DNA of 64,000 bases, from the NCBI GenBank assembly GCA_022813865.1, contig JALDZX010000020.1, forward strand, positions 310,001-374,000. The letters are read 5' to 3'. The notes under the pieces are model-generated. The model made no database searches. It was given only the letters and a program-made list of their open reading frames with translations, and had not been told where the DNA came from. The DNA is from Xylographa opegraphella. Taxonomy: Eukaryota. A program made the position numbers and the translations under genes. Shown here piece after piece: positions 12,483-24,245 of this stretch (the first letter of the stretch is position 1; every line of letters begins with the position of its first letter).

Positions 12483-15259
12483 TTATCGTGCGAACACTTT
12501 GACCACGCCGTCGCCGCCACCGCTGACGACCCAGCGGCCATCCTGGCTCCACACGACGGAGCAGATGCCTTCGCCGCGCATGAGCCTGTGGCTGGTGATT
12601 TCTTGCGTGCACGTCCGTTTCTCGAGCGACCAGAAGCGGAGGCTTGCGTCGTGGCCGGCGGAGACGAGCTCGCGCCCGTCTGGAGATAGTGAGAGCGCAG
12701 AAATGGCGGCCGGGTGGGCGAGCATGTTGTATGTACATTGACCTGTTCCATGGTCGTTAGTCTATATGCTATTGTCGGATTATTGCAGAGGAGACACTTA
12801 CCGCTGTTGGCATCGAAAAATCGGATGTAGCGATCCTCATGCCCGCTTAGGATCATGCCCTCGATGCCACTGCTTGAGCCCGTAGCGCCATGCACTACGC
12901 TCTCATCCTCAGACACGCCTCGGCCGGAGTCGAAGCTGAGCGTACCGTCCAAGCCAACGGTCGTGCTTGCGACGGCGTTAACGCCTGTATGAGGAGTACC
13001 GTCGTACGTTTCCAGGCTTGCCATTCCGACGACCTCTTCCGCAGTGCGGGTGTCATAGATCAGAACGGATGCGTCAGTATAAGAGACAACGAAGGTATCG
13101 CCGGACATGGAAAGAGGACTGATGCACGTAGGTGAAGGGTGGTCAAGCCGCTCGATTCGGTGCACAAGAGAATAGTGGAAGGGCGTTCCTGTGGCTGTGC
13201 TTGGTTGTGGGGATGAAGGGAAATTTGACCCCGAAGATACAGAATTTGCTCTCCTACTTCCACCGGTACCCCTTCGAGAGCCTGTATGGGGTGAGGTCAA
13301 TTGGGGAGGCGAGCTGACCGCCCAAATGAGTATCGTCCCATCAGCCGAGCCTGAAGCGACAACTATCCGCTCTGGCCCACCATGACGGGCATTCTGATCT
13401 CCGAGTACAGATGCAGATGATCCTGGAAGAACACACACAGACCAGACAGCATCTGTGTGCCCATCGAGAGTCGCTTTTGGGTCGACGCGGCCACGTTCCC
13501 ACATGCGAACAGTTGCGTCTTGTCCTCCTGAAAATACCCAGCCATCCCCGATTGCTCTTCCTCCGTTTGAAAAGTTCTGGGACGCTGGAGACGCTGCTAA
13601 TGACATTACTGCACCGGTATGCCCTCTGTGAGTAAAGTAGCTGGCAATGTCAAGATCGTTGCCAGTATTTCCCGCATGGGGTCCGAAAGTGCTGTAGCTC
13701 GCAGGGATGATCCATCGCTTGATAACACCGTCATCGCCAGTAGTACATATCTCAGGTTCAGATGGACTACCACCACCAGTGAAGATGACAGATCTTACCA
13801 CATCCATATGTCCCCGTAGAGCAAATCGAATTTTGAACGTTGAAGCTTCCCCTTTCATACTTCCAGATCCCTGGGATAATGATAGATCGCGAAGCTCATG
13901 AGATCCATCACTCTGGCGTCGGCGTGACAGTGAACTCTTTCTCCGTTGCGACCCTGGACCGCCTCGAGGCGGTGACTTCATGTGGATGTTGTTGGCGTTC
14001 GGGAAGGCATCGGTATCAGGCCGTTGAGGTGGCGCGTAGTCCGGTGGTACTATTTCTTCGTGATTCGGCTCGGAAGGATCGTCAAAATTCCAGCCATCAG
14101 TGTCTGCGCTTTCGGGTTCTTCTGAAATTCGGGCATTTTCCTCTTCCTCTCGCGTGGGGATTTCCTGTCCGTACACATCGTAGCTATGGGCTACCCTCTC
14201 AATCTGATCCTCACTCACTGGAAAATCATACCCTGGTCTTGACGAATGCCGTGTATCGATCGAAGTCAACGGTCCGGACCGAGAAAGTATGTGAGTCTCT
14301 GGCAAACTTCGAGACATATAGGAAGCTTGCTCTGAAGGCTGTGATGACCGGCCAAGAAGAGGTAGCTCAGTCACTCGGGATGGGGGAGGCGGTTGATGGT
14401 TTGGTAATGATGCAGAGGGCAACATAGCGACATGATTTGCTTGCGGTCTATGTCGCTGCTGTACATAGACGCCGTCCAACGACGGTTGTGCCATATGCTG
14501 GTTTGCGTAGTCATGATTTTGCTGCAGCATTTGTTCTTGATTATCGCCAAGTTGCTGTTGAGCTGAAGCTGTAGGTACCACATAATACGTAACTTCCTGA
14601 ATGCACTTTCCAAGGTGTGCGCGAGATTTTTCGCGGTCAATATCTGGCTTCAATTCAGAAGTGATAGGTAGCTCGTTTTCCAGGTCTAGGAAAGAATTGT
14701 GAGGCTTCGATAAAGGAGCTAGAGCAGTTTTTTTTTAGCCAACAGATTTATAATGGCACAAGTCATACTTACGTTTTTGACTTGCTTGCGAGTTCTCTTT
14801 GCCCGTATCCGTATCCAACTGTTTCCCTTCCGCTGAAGCTACCGATTGCAAGCTTTTGACTTTTTCACGTTCCTTTTTAAGAACGATCTCAAGCATCTTT
14901 ACATGCTTTCCTAGGGATTCTTGAAGTCGCTTGCTTGTCCGACCGTCTCCCTCTAGTTTTCCTATCCTTGACTTCATCTCTGCTCTCTCAATCTCCCAAG
15001 CATTACGATCGCGCTCGTGCCGATGCCACTCGGTCTGTAGAAATCGCATCACACCTAAAAACCTTCAGTCCCATAGCTTCATCACACAATTTGTTGCCAG
15101 CATCAATCATCTGAAAGGTATCACAGCATTTCCCGAGCATTACGTACCTTGTAGAGTATATTCTGTTCCCTGCGGCTGGTTCCCATGACCATTTCCGTCC
15201 CCATTTGATCCAGGCCCCCCTCCATTGCCCCCCATGGAAGCAGAGTTCTGCCAGGCCAT
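12483..15259 (-). CDS. PRO11: Striatin (STRIPAK scaffold; Pro11/Far8/StrA); exons 15259-15148, 15054-14773, 14718-12802, 12742-12483
   Basis: Spliced [37 protein letters not shown] is the striatin N-terminal signature. C-terminal WD40 repeats end in [15 protein letters not shown]. Three canonical introns keep the frame. Confidence 0.93.
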
Positions 15260-15780
15260 CGGCGGCGCTGGCCTTTTCTGTAAGCCGTACCAGTAATTGA
15301 ACCCTTCTTTCCTTGTGAGCCAGAGTTATGAGGGCTTCCAGTATCGCTGGATGTGTCCTGAAGTGGGCTCTTAGGGTCAATAGACCAAGAGTGGCAGCAC
15401 CCGTCGACGTTATTATAAATCGGAAAGGACTGGAAGGGTGTGCAGTTGATGACCACTTTCGAGGCAGATTCCGTCGAGAGTCTGGTATTGGATGCGGACG
15501 TTCGAGGGAGAAACATATAGAGCGACAATTGGAACAAATAAAGTGTCCGTCGTCGTTCGCGCGCGGAGTGTCCAAATGTCGGGCGGTCGCACCTACAAGC
15601 TTGATCAGGACGCTAATGAAATCCCGCTAGTCTTTTTCCGTCTCGAGTATATTCTTCACGACATCGGACTGTTTAACCAGTCAAAGCTAGGATGGGAACA
15701 ATACCCAGTATTCCGCAACGACTGCTTCATCATTTGAGGAATTCTGTAAACTGTAAGACATATCTGGCACTATCCGTGAT

Positions 15781-16965
15781 CTAAAATGCCAGCTCCTCCA
15801 CTTCCATTCCACACTCTACACAAGCCTTCACCCCTATTCCAGTATCTTCATTCTCAATTGTCCTGCCCCAAACATGCGTGTGTTTCCCGCCTCTACTAAT
15901 ATCGTCGCCAAATTCGCCTCCCCCACCACTTGCCTGGAGACTTCGCCGATATGCTTCGACTCTAGTTTTCTTCTTCAATTCCTGCAACTTTGACTTGAAC
16001 TTGTCTTGCTTCCGTTTCTTCTTTTCCGTCTCTCTCTTTTCAAAGGCCTCATCCAAAGCTTCTGCAGATCCCCACTTCTTCGAAAAAGCATACTCTTCGA
16101 CTTGGTAACGTAAATATAGCATCATGTTGTTCCATGTAGACTTGTGAGGGTTTGGCCTTTCTAGGTGCGGCAATAGCTCCTCATCTTTCAGTTCTGGATC
16201 TGTCAACATGTAATCCTCCTTCGCCTCGGTTTTTGTGAGCAAGCTGTATTTATCTGGAAGCTTTTCTTTGCAGGCATTGCAAACCGCACAGCCAAAAACG
16301 TCCAACCATTTCCAATCAACTTCCAGACTACCACATTCCTGACAGACTTTGGTTTCTTCCTTCTTAAGAACGCTCAGACCGGGCTCGAAAGGGCCAGCAT
16401 TTTGCTCCCTTAGAGACCGTAGAAGCTGATGCCGCTCCCACTCTTTCAAGGTCATATGCGCCGGCTTCTCGTCCACGTTCGGCGCATGCAACGCTTTGTT
16501 ATGAGGATCATCTTCGACCGTTAAAAAGCCGCCCTTGGTGTCTGTCATTTTACTGAAGTCATATTCGACGAACTTCGTGAAGTTCCTGGCAGGCTGTATC
16601 TGATCCAGCGGTCGGAAACCACCGTTCGTTGCTTGGTCGGTATTCCGACCATTGCGCGAAGTAGCCGGCACATTTGCCGAGAGTAATACTGAATGTGGGC
16701 GCTTTTGACCAGCTGCAAGATCGTTTGATATTGGCTTGGAACGGGTTGAGCTGCCCTGTTTGCGGTTTTCGGCTTCACGCTGATCACGAAGAGCTTTTGC
16801 CCTCAGTCGGTTTATCTCCTAGTTGAATAGATTAGTACAACGAGTAGATCAGCCTTGTATGTGCCTTACTATCTTTTTTACTTGTTCTGGAGTTAGGGCC
16901 GCTCGAGGCACAAAGTGGGGAGGAGCCGCTGCTTGCGGTGGCGTCGAGGGTCTCTGAGTAGCCAT
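15781..16965 (-). CDS. RAD14: Nucleotide excision repair protein Rad14/XPA; exons 16965-16870, 16818-15781
   Basis: Zinc finger CQEC...CNAC, KYSLLTKTEAKEDYMLTDPEL, NPHKSTWNNMMLYLRYQVEEYA, and C-terminal CVECGMEVEEL. Intron 16869-16819 is in frame. Confidence 0.93.
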
Positions 16966-18323
16966 CTTTATCGAAAGATACTGGGACGAACACAGTTTCA
17001 AGAATGATATCAGCGCATTATCATTACAAATGACTGTATCTTCAATCCTCTAGGTAGCGGGTTAAAGAATTCAAACTCGACTAGTATAATAGGTATCAAT
17101 GCTTTGTTGCATCGTACCTTACTCCGTACCTCAGACTCGAAAGTGCCATAGGGATGTCATCAGTCTGAGGTGCACCAGGGATGCCTAGCGTCGGGCTAGG
17201 TTCTGTGCAGTAGCCGCCCGTGGATGTTCCTTGTAAAGCCCCGAGAGCCCCTAAAGTCCAAACAAACACATTATTTCGATATTAGGGACAAATATATGTT
17301 CTTGGCAGCAAAGCAGTCCCCTATCGGTTCTTTCAAGCCGATTTGTTGGAGGGGCCTGATGCGCGGAGTTATAGCAATTACTCCTGCTGTGGGTTAGATA
17401 CCTAGGTTGAACTTACTAAGCCTACGGTACTTGGCTGCTAAACGGGGACTCTGCCAAGTATGCCAATGATACGCTACCAAGATAGAACCAATCCTGTCAA
17501 ATTATCACCACAAGTGGTAAGGTTTAGGAACAGCAGTTGACCGATACGTGGCCAGTATGGCCATGACTTGAAAGCGCGAGAATGCTGACGCTGGCGTATG
17601 TCAGACCCGCGTATTGCTCCATCAGAATCGGTGCTTGAGGCGGAGTGCTGATTGTTTTCATGAAAAATTAAGACGTGTCTGAAGACTTCTGGAGCTCATG
17701 TCATCGAGATTTCGAACTCGAATCTAGTCACCAGCTTCTGTCGTTGTCGTCGTTACCCTATTTGCCATTTCGGAATTGGGATGTAAGATATGCTCTTACA
17801 CATACACTTGCCAAATATATATGCGAGGGAATCAACAAGCCTACACAGCGCATGAAATCCATTTCTAGAACATGCTCAACATACGGAGTACTTAATATTA
17901 GGATCATTATACGTCCTCGACCCAAGCACTGTTAATAGGCATCACAAAGCCAAGGATTCTATGAAGCGGAGGGCCATTCATGCGGCTTGCTTGAATATCT
18001 GCTGCAGCAAGACGCTACTTGCGATGTTTGAAACAGCAATAATTTAGGAAATCATTACTACCTGACGTTCCGGATCTCTGGCTGGAAATGATGGCACCTT
18101 TTGTGAACTCTTCTGAAGCGAGCCCAAACCCAGCAAACTGCTGCACGATAATGGAGGCCTCCTTCGCCTGCGCAAAGCCCGTCATCTGTGGCAGCACATA
18201 AGTTTCTTTATGTTGGTCTTTGCTTTGTACTAAAAGCCGCAAACTATCATGCCCAATTCATTCTCCGTTGAATGGCTTTATGAGCCAGCTCGAAGCCAGC
18301 AGACCGACCAGAGCCTAACACGC

Positions 18324-18330
18324 TATAAAA
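18324..18330 (+). promoter_or_regulatory. TATA box candidate for the 18620 microprotein gene
   Basis: TATAAAA about 300 nt upstream of ATG 18620, followed by a pyrimidine- and A/C-rich leader. Confidence 0.4.
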
Positions 18331-18619
18331 GTACCCCCGTTACGTACCATTTTCTTGGACGATTGTCAATCCTTGTTCTCTGCCTTCACATCAAAGACAA
18401 CTTTTTTGCAATAGCATTGTTTCGGAACCATGGCCTCCTCTCATGAAAATTCTCTTGTCTCCCGCTGAGCAATAATATAAGTTGGTCAGGTTTTCCTACC
18501 TTCAGTTCCCATTTCCAGCATTCATCATCTTGCCAGCGTCATCGTGTCCAGCGTCCCACCAAAAACTCATAACAGAGAATCTACAAAGACTTACCACATT
18601 CACAATATCAGTCCCGACC

Positions 18620-18952
18620 ATGTCCTCCACACCGTACTGCAATCCCGACCCGTTTACAACTATAGATGCCTCACGAATCAACCCGTCAGGCTCTGGCTGC
18701 ACACCTTTTGTCCATCAGCTAGTGTGTAGACATCGGCGCTACACTACACCACTCGCCTCCCACGACTGCACCAGCTGGTACGCGTGTCCCGTGTTCGGCG
18801 AATTCATCCGCCCTCTTCCGGGCAGATGTGTTCTGTGTAGAACCGAGATCGAAGTCGGGAGCCTGTCACTGCAGTTCGAGCCGAACGAGTACGAGCTAGT
18901 AAAGCCGGACGATCAGTTTGGTGGGGCGTCTTGGCGGCTTCGGTGGTGGTGA
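18620..18952 (+). CDS. Small Cys/His-rich putative zinc-binding protein (110 aa)
   Basis: ACCATG start. HQLVCRH-x11-C-x5-C-x13-CVLC matches the pattern of the ORFs at 38610 and 61943. Confidence 0.55.
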   Translation: MSSTPYCNPDPFTTIDASRINPSGSGCTPFVHQLVCRHRRYTTPLASHDCTSWYACPVFGEFIRPLPGRCVLCRTEIEVGSLSLQFEPNEYELVKPDDQFGGASWRLRWW

Positions 18953-19907
18953 GAGAGATGGTAAGAAAGAGTGGTGGGTGAATGGAGGGTAATATTTCTT
19001 GGAACGGCGCTCATGGTAGAAAGAGATGAGCTGAGGACATAGCTGCGCTATGACGGTAGAGTAGCAGTCTTTTTTTCATAATCAAATTGCTAAGCTGCGT
19101 TTCTCAAGCATCTAAGTACCTTCTGAGGCCTGCCTGCAATAAGAGAGATTGATTTCTGAATTATGGCCTTACAATCGTGTGAAGTGAATAGCTAAATAAC
19201 AAGTAAGACTTTCATATGAATGACCCTTTCATTAACGAGTGATATGAGACACCGCCGCTGCACATATGTCCTTGCAGCCCACGTCATCAGTAGTAGGCCC
19301 AATCGTCGACTTGGTAGAGTAAGGTACCTTACCATTCTATTATTGGTGTGTATTTTAGGGAAGGGCACGGAATGGTGTGATGGAAAGCTAGCACTGTTTC
19401 GATTTAGCCCGAGTCCTGGCGCTTCCTGAAACAGGCCGGGAACGCTGACGGGCTGCGCAGGGATACGGCCGTTGTACTTGCACACACGGACGCCATCATC
19501 GCTCTCACCTTACCGCTTTAACAGCGGACTATGATACCCTCGGGTTTCCAGCGCTGTGCAGAAACGCAGGAAGCAGCAGTCTGTTCCTCAGCTTGGTAGG
19601 TCAGGTCAGGAGACATCCAGTTCTTCAGCAAGACTCGTGGCAAGCTACCCGCCAGTGGGAAGGCACCAGTGTCACATGCCGGCGGGCACTCAGCTTCAAT
19701 CACCCCGATTCACACTCTTCATCACACTCGTTTGCCAGTCACCATCCTCATTGATGACAATAATGAACTACAGATTCACGAGCTGTTCCTCTTGATCCAC
19801 GCCGCCCCCAGCACTACACGTCAGCTACAAACCGGCTGCAGTTTCATCAGCACTTCAGCCCATCTGCGGCGCTTCTATTCTGGCATCTTCTCTATTGAAC
19901 CTTCACG

Positions 19908-21845
19908 ATGAACGGAGACTACGCAGATCGCCCGGAGAGTACCGAGAGATCCGATTCCAGCATGTCGTCCCCAGCTCCACTCCTCCGACCCCCAATACCC
20001 GGCTCGAATCGTAGCAATGGCGGGGCCCGCACACCACGCTTAGGCCTTGCAATTCCACCTTCCCCCAGCCAAAAGCCTGTCATGGGCAACGGCAACCTTC
20101 CCGAATTACCCCAGCTTCGTACATCAGCACGACCAGCACCACCACAGCTGCGGCTTGCCACTCCGAAGGGCAGCAATACTACACCTCAAGACATGGGGCC
20201 CCCTAACGGTCGGCCACCGTTACAGTTTCCCACAGGGCATACAATGGGCGGCTTTGATGAGACCAGTGCACATTCGAGGTCGGGCAGCATTGGCCTCCTG
20301 GACGGAAGAGGCAGTGGACCAACGTCAGCGTCATCGTCGGCCCACTCAGCCTTGTCGTTTGGAAATGGATTACGCCAACCGGGAGGGACACCCGACCCGG
20401 CATCGGCCATAAGCTCAATCTACTCGGACCGAGGTACTCACGAGGGAGGAACTTTGATGGAAAGAGAAAGCAGCAACAGTATCGCGATCGACCTCGAAAA
20501 ATTGAGCTTGGAACTGGGTCGGGACCCTGACGTGGACGACTTGGACGACGACGGATGGTTCGCAGCCAGCAAGGCGAAGCGGATCATCGAACTAGGGACA
20601 CTGGGCGAGGGTGCCGGCGGGGCGGTTACGCGGTGTAAGCTGCAGGGCGGAAAGACTGTGTTCGCACTGAAGGTACTGGTTCATCCTCGTCACATTTCTC
20701 AAATATCTAATATACCCCTTTTAGATCATCACAACGGACCCCGACCCAGACGTGCAAAAGCAAATTCGGCGTGAGCTCGACTTCAACCGCAAGATCGCCG
20801 CGGAGCACATCTGCAGGTACTATGGTGCGTTCGGCGACCCCTCCACGGGTATGATCTCCATCGCAATGGAGTACTGCGAGGGCGGCAGCCTTGACAGTGT
20901 CTACCGTGAAGTCAAGAAACTCGGTGGTCGAATTGGCGAGAAAGTGCTCGGTAAGATCGCCGAGGGCGTCCTCAACGGGCTGACCTACCTGTACGGCAAA
21001 AAGATCATCCACAGAGGTACGAGCCATCGCTTCTCCTTTTCCATTTCCTCAACCTTCCATCGCCGCCCCGAATTCTGCCGCCCCCCCCTCCCCCTCGTCC
21101 CATGCCCCCGAAATCCCGACGCACACTCCACCCCACCTGCTGACGCTCGCTTACGCCCGCCTGCAGACATCAAGCCCTCCAACATCCTCCTCTGCCGCAA
21201 CGGACAGGTCAAGCTCTGCGACTTCGGGGTCAGCGGCGAGTTCGGCACCCGCGGCGACGCCAACACCTTCATCGGCACCTCGTACTACATGGCGCCGGAG
21301 CGCATCACGGGCCAGTCGTACACCATCACCTCGGACGTGTGGTCGCTGGGCGTCACCCTGCTCGAGGTCGCCCAGCACCGCTTCCCCTTCCCCGCCGACG
21401 GCACCGAGATGCAGCCGCGCGCCGGCCTCATCGACATCATCCAGTACATCGTCGGCCAGCCGCTGCCGAAGCTGAAGGACGAGCCGGCGTGCGGCAACGA
21501 GCCGGAGATCAAGTGGAGCGCGAACTTCAAGTACTTTATCGAGTGCTGGTACGTAATTTTTATTCCCCTTTTTGTTGCTTTCACATTCCACCATCCCCTT
21601 TTTTTCTTTCTTGTTTCATCTCGCTTTTCGCTTTTATTTTCGCTTTGGGTAAGGGAGTGGGGACTTTTGCAAAAATCGTTCCCTGTTGGCTGACGGCCCC
21701 CCGCCGAACTTGCAGTCTGGAAAAGGAGCCCGCCCGCCGCGCGACGCCGTGGCGCATGCTCGAGCACCCGTGGATGATGGAGATGAAGGGCAAGAAGGTC
21801 AGTATGGAGAAGTTCCTGCAGCAGGTGTGGGACTGGAAGGATTGA
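19908..21845 (+). CDS. MKK1: MAP kinase kinase Mkk1/Mkk2 (cell wall integrity pathway); exons 19908-20672, 20725-21016, 21167-21548, 21716-21845
   Basis: [13 protein letters not shown], spliced [37 protein letters not shown], and C-terminal [11 protein letters not shown]. Confidence 0.93.
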
Positions 21846-23390
21846 GCCCCTGCGCGCGCGCGCGCGCTGCGGGTGCGTTATGGTGGATTGGGGGGATGGT
21901 AGTAGAAAGCGAAAGACGCAGCGGCTTCGTCGAGCGGGACTGGCTGTTATGTATTGGCACCCCGGGGGCGCGGGGACCGCGGTGGAGTGGCGTGGCTGGA
22001 ACAGGATGTGCGGGGGCTTAGCGGGAGCAAAGCTCCAACCAGCGGGCAAAGCAGGACGAGCGAGGCTTCTGGCATCACCGGGCGGGCGCGGCGGTCCATT
22101 GTGGGACTTGGCTTTCAACGGCGTGCGTGGACCTGGTGGGAGGGGGGGAAGTGCGTATCCCGTCCTTGTAGCTACACCCGTACGGTAGTCGCCCCTGCGT
22201 GGCAAAATGGGGCCTTGCAGTGAATCTAATCCAATCCAATCCGCTCGATGCCTTGCGCCCTGTGTGTCTTTGTGGCTGAGGCGGTGCTGTGATACGCTAT
22301 GCCGCTACGCGGCGCTTCGCTCCCCGTGCGGCGTAGCGGGCGGGGTTCGGTCGAGCGCGCTGCTGGCGGGGATGAAGAGGTGGGTACCCTATGCAGAGGC
22401 GGGTGGTGTACTGCGCTGCGATGATGGGGCTGGGCGCTGTGTGTGCTGAGTACAGCTTACCTGATCGAGCAATTCGACCCCCTGGGGCGGGGGTGTGCTG
22501 GTGCTGTGATGCATGCTGCCAAAGGGACACACGAAACCGGAGGAAAGGAGGGAGCCACGGAAAAAGCGCGAGTCCGGTGTCGGTCGCGGCCACAAGGTGG
22601 GGCGGAGATGATGCAGGCGGTTGGCGATCACCCACGCGCGGCGAGTGAGTGAGTGGGCTGTCTGAGCGGGGGGAAATCCCCTGTGGTGGAGGGGGAGGGG
22701 TTATGGTGCGGAGTGCTAGTGTACAGATATCTGGTGTGGCGTGCTGTGCTTTGCGGTTTCTTGCTTCGGAGCTGGTGGGGGTGGTGGGTGGTGGGTGTGT
22801 TCGGATGGGAGGGGTGCGTCTTTACTTTGGAATTGTGTGTGTTCGGAAGGTGGTTGTCGGTTGGGTGGTGGGTGCTGCGGAGGGGGATTTTGTGGTGTTG
22901 ATGTTGGGAGAGGTTCGTGTTTGCTGTGTCGGCGGTATGTGGAGGTGTGGATGTTTGTCTGGTTCGGGATGGAGGGAGGAGTGTGGGTGCGAGGAAGCCC
23001 AGATACCTCGGGCGGAGATGTGCTTCTTGCGAGGAGAGGAGAATCATGGTGCGGTTCTCGACTGCTGCTGGGGCTTGCTTGGGAGTGGAAGTTGGGTGTG
23101 GGAGGGTTCGAAGAGTGCTGTGACTGGCTTGCTGGGTGTGACTCAAGGGCGGACACTGGTTTTCACGGTTGCTCTTCTTTTGGAAGATTGACTCCGATCC
23201 GAGTGGACCATGGGATGGCCATGCAGCGTCAAATTAACAACTGACAACGCGAAAGCGGCTGAAGCGATCCCCTGTACCCATGGCTGGGAACTCAACGGCT
23301 CCTGGAACAGTGAAGTGCCAGCGAGTATTTTCTTCCGAAGGAAATTCTCTGCCTTTCTCTTGCTGGCAGAAGCAGAGGCACAGGTTTGAA

Positions 23391-24245
23391 TCAGCTTGCG
23401 GTCGACGGTCGTCGAAGGTTGAACCCAAGATCTTCCCACTGCGAGCCATCCCGCGTGTGCGACCCGCTCACGGGGCTGATCCCACTCACCACGCTTTGCC
23501 AGCTCTCCCGCCTCGTAGTCTCCACTCTCCAGTCGCGGTCCGACTGAAAGGTGGGGGGCTCGTTCGAGTCTCCGTATTCGTACAACGACACTCCGTTGAT
23601 GGCTTCTTGAAAGAGGGGAGACAAGCGGTCGTCCTGCTCTGATCGAGGCGGTATCAGCCGCATGAACTGGGTCCGCACGGGCGAGAAGTCGGAGTCTCGC
23701 TGCCGTGGAGACGGTTCGGAGCGGGCATACCGTGGCGAGGCGTATGGGAAAGTGGGTGGGAAGGTCGCGGAGCGGTGGTGGCTGAAGCCGTCCTCGTCCA
23801 CGATCAACCACATCTGCTCCTCGGGCATCCATACCATCGGAGACGCCGGTCGTCCTCGGAAATGGTGCTGTGGAGGGGCGGACAATGTGAGCTGAGGCGT
23901 CGGAGCGATCTGACGCCTTTGCTGGATGGTGTTCGCCGGGTATATTGGTGGGTCGGTATGGTTGTCGCTTAGTGACCTCTTCAACCTCGAGAGGATACAG
24001 CGGGAGCGCTCGTCACAGCACCGAGGATCCAGTCCGACTTCGATGAAGCGTCTCCTCGGTAACGGCGGTAGTGGCTTCATTGTGGAAGCAGCGGGGATCC
24101 GCTGTTGGGTCCCATGATGGTGATGGGAGCATGATATATCTTCGTGTAGGCCGTGGAAGGCCGGAATCCGAGCGATGGCGAAGTGATGGTCGTTGGTAGG
24201 AGATTCAGCAAATAATGATAGATCTACCAGACCGTCCGCCATCAT
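23391..24245 (-). CDS. Fungal hypothetical protein (single exon; the start may be ATG 24080, MKPLPPLP)
   Basis: 284-aa ORF with protein-like motifs PASPMVWMPEEQMWLI, SPVRTQFMRL, DDRLSPLFQEAI and SQWEDLGFNLRRPST. Confidence 0.65.
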   Translation of the reverse strand: MMADGLVDLSLFAESPTNDHHFAIARIPAFHGLHEDISCSHHHHGTQQRIPAASTMKPLPPLPRRRFIEVGLDPRCCDERSRCILSRLKRSLSDNHTDPPIYPANTIQQRRQIAPTPQLTLSAPPQHHFRGRPASPMVWMPEEQMWLIVDEDGFSHHRSATFPPTFPYASPRYARSEPSPRQRDSDFSPVRTQFMRLIPPRSEQDDRLSPLFQEAINGVSLYEYGDSNEPPTFQSDRDWRVETTRRESWQSVVSGISPVSGSHTRDGSQWEDLGFNLRRPSTAS

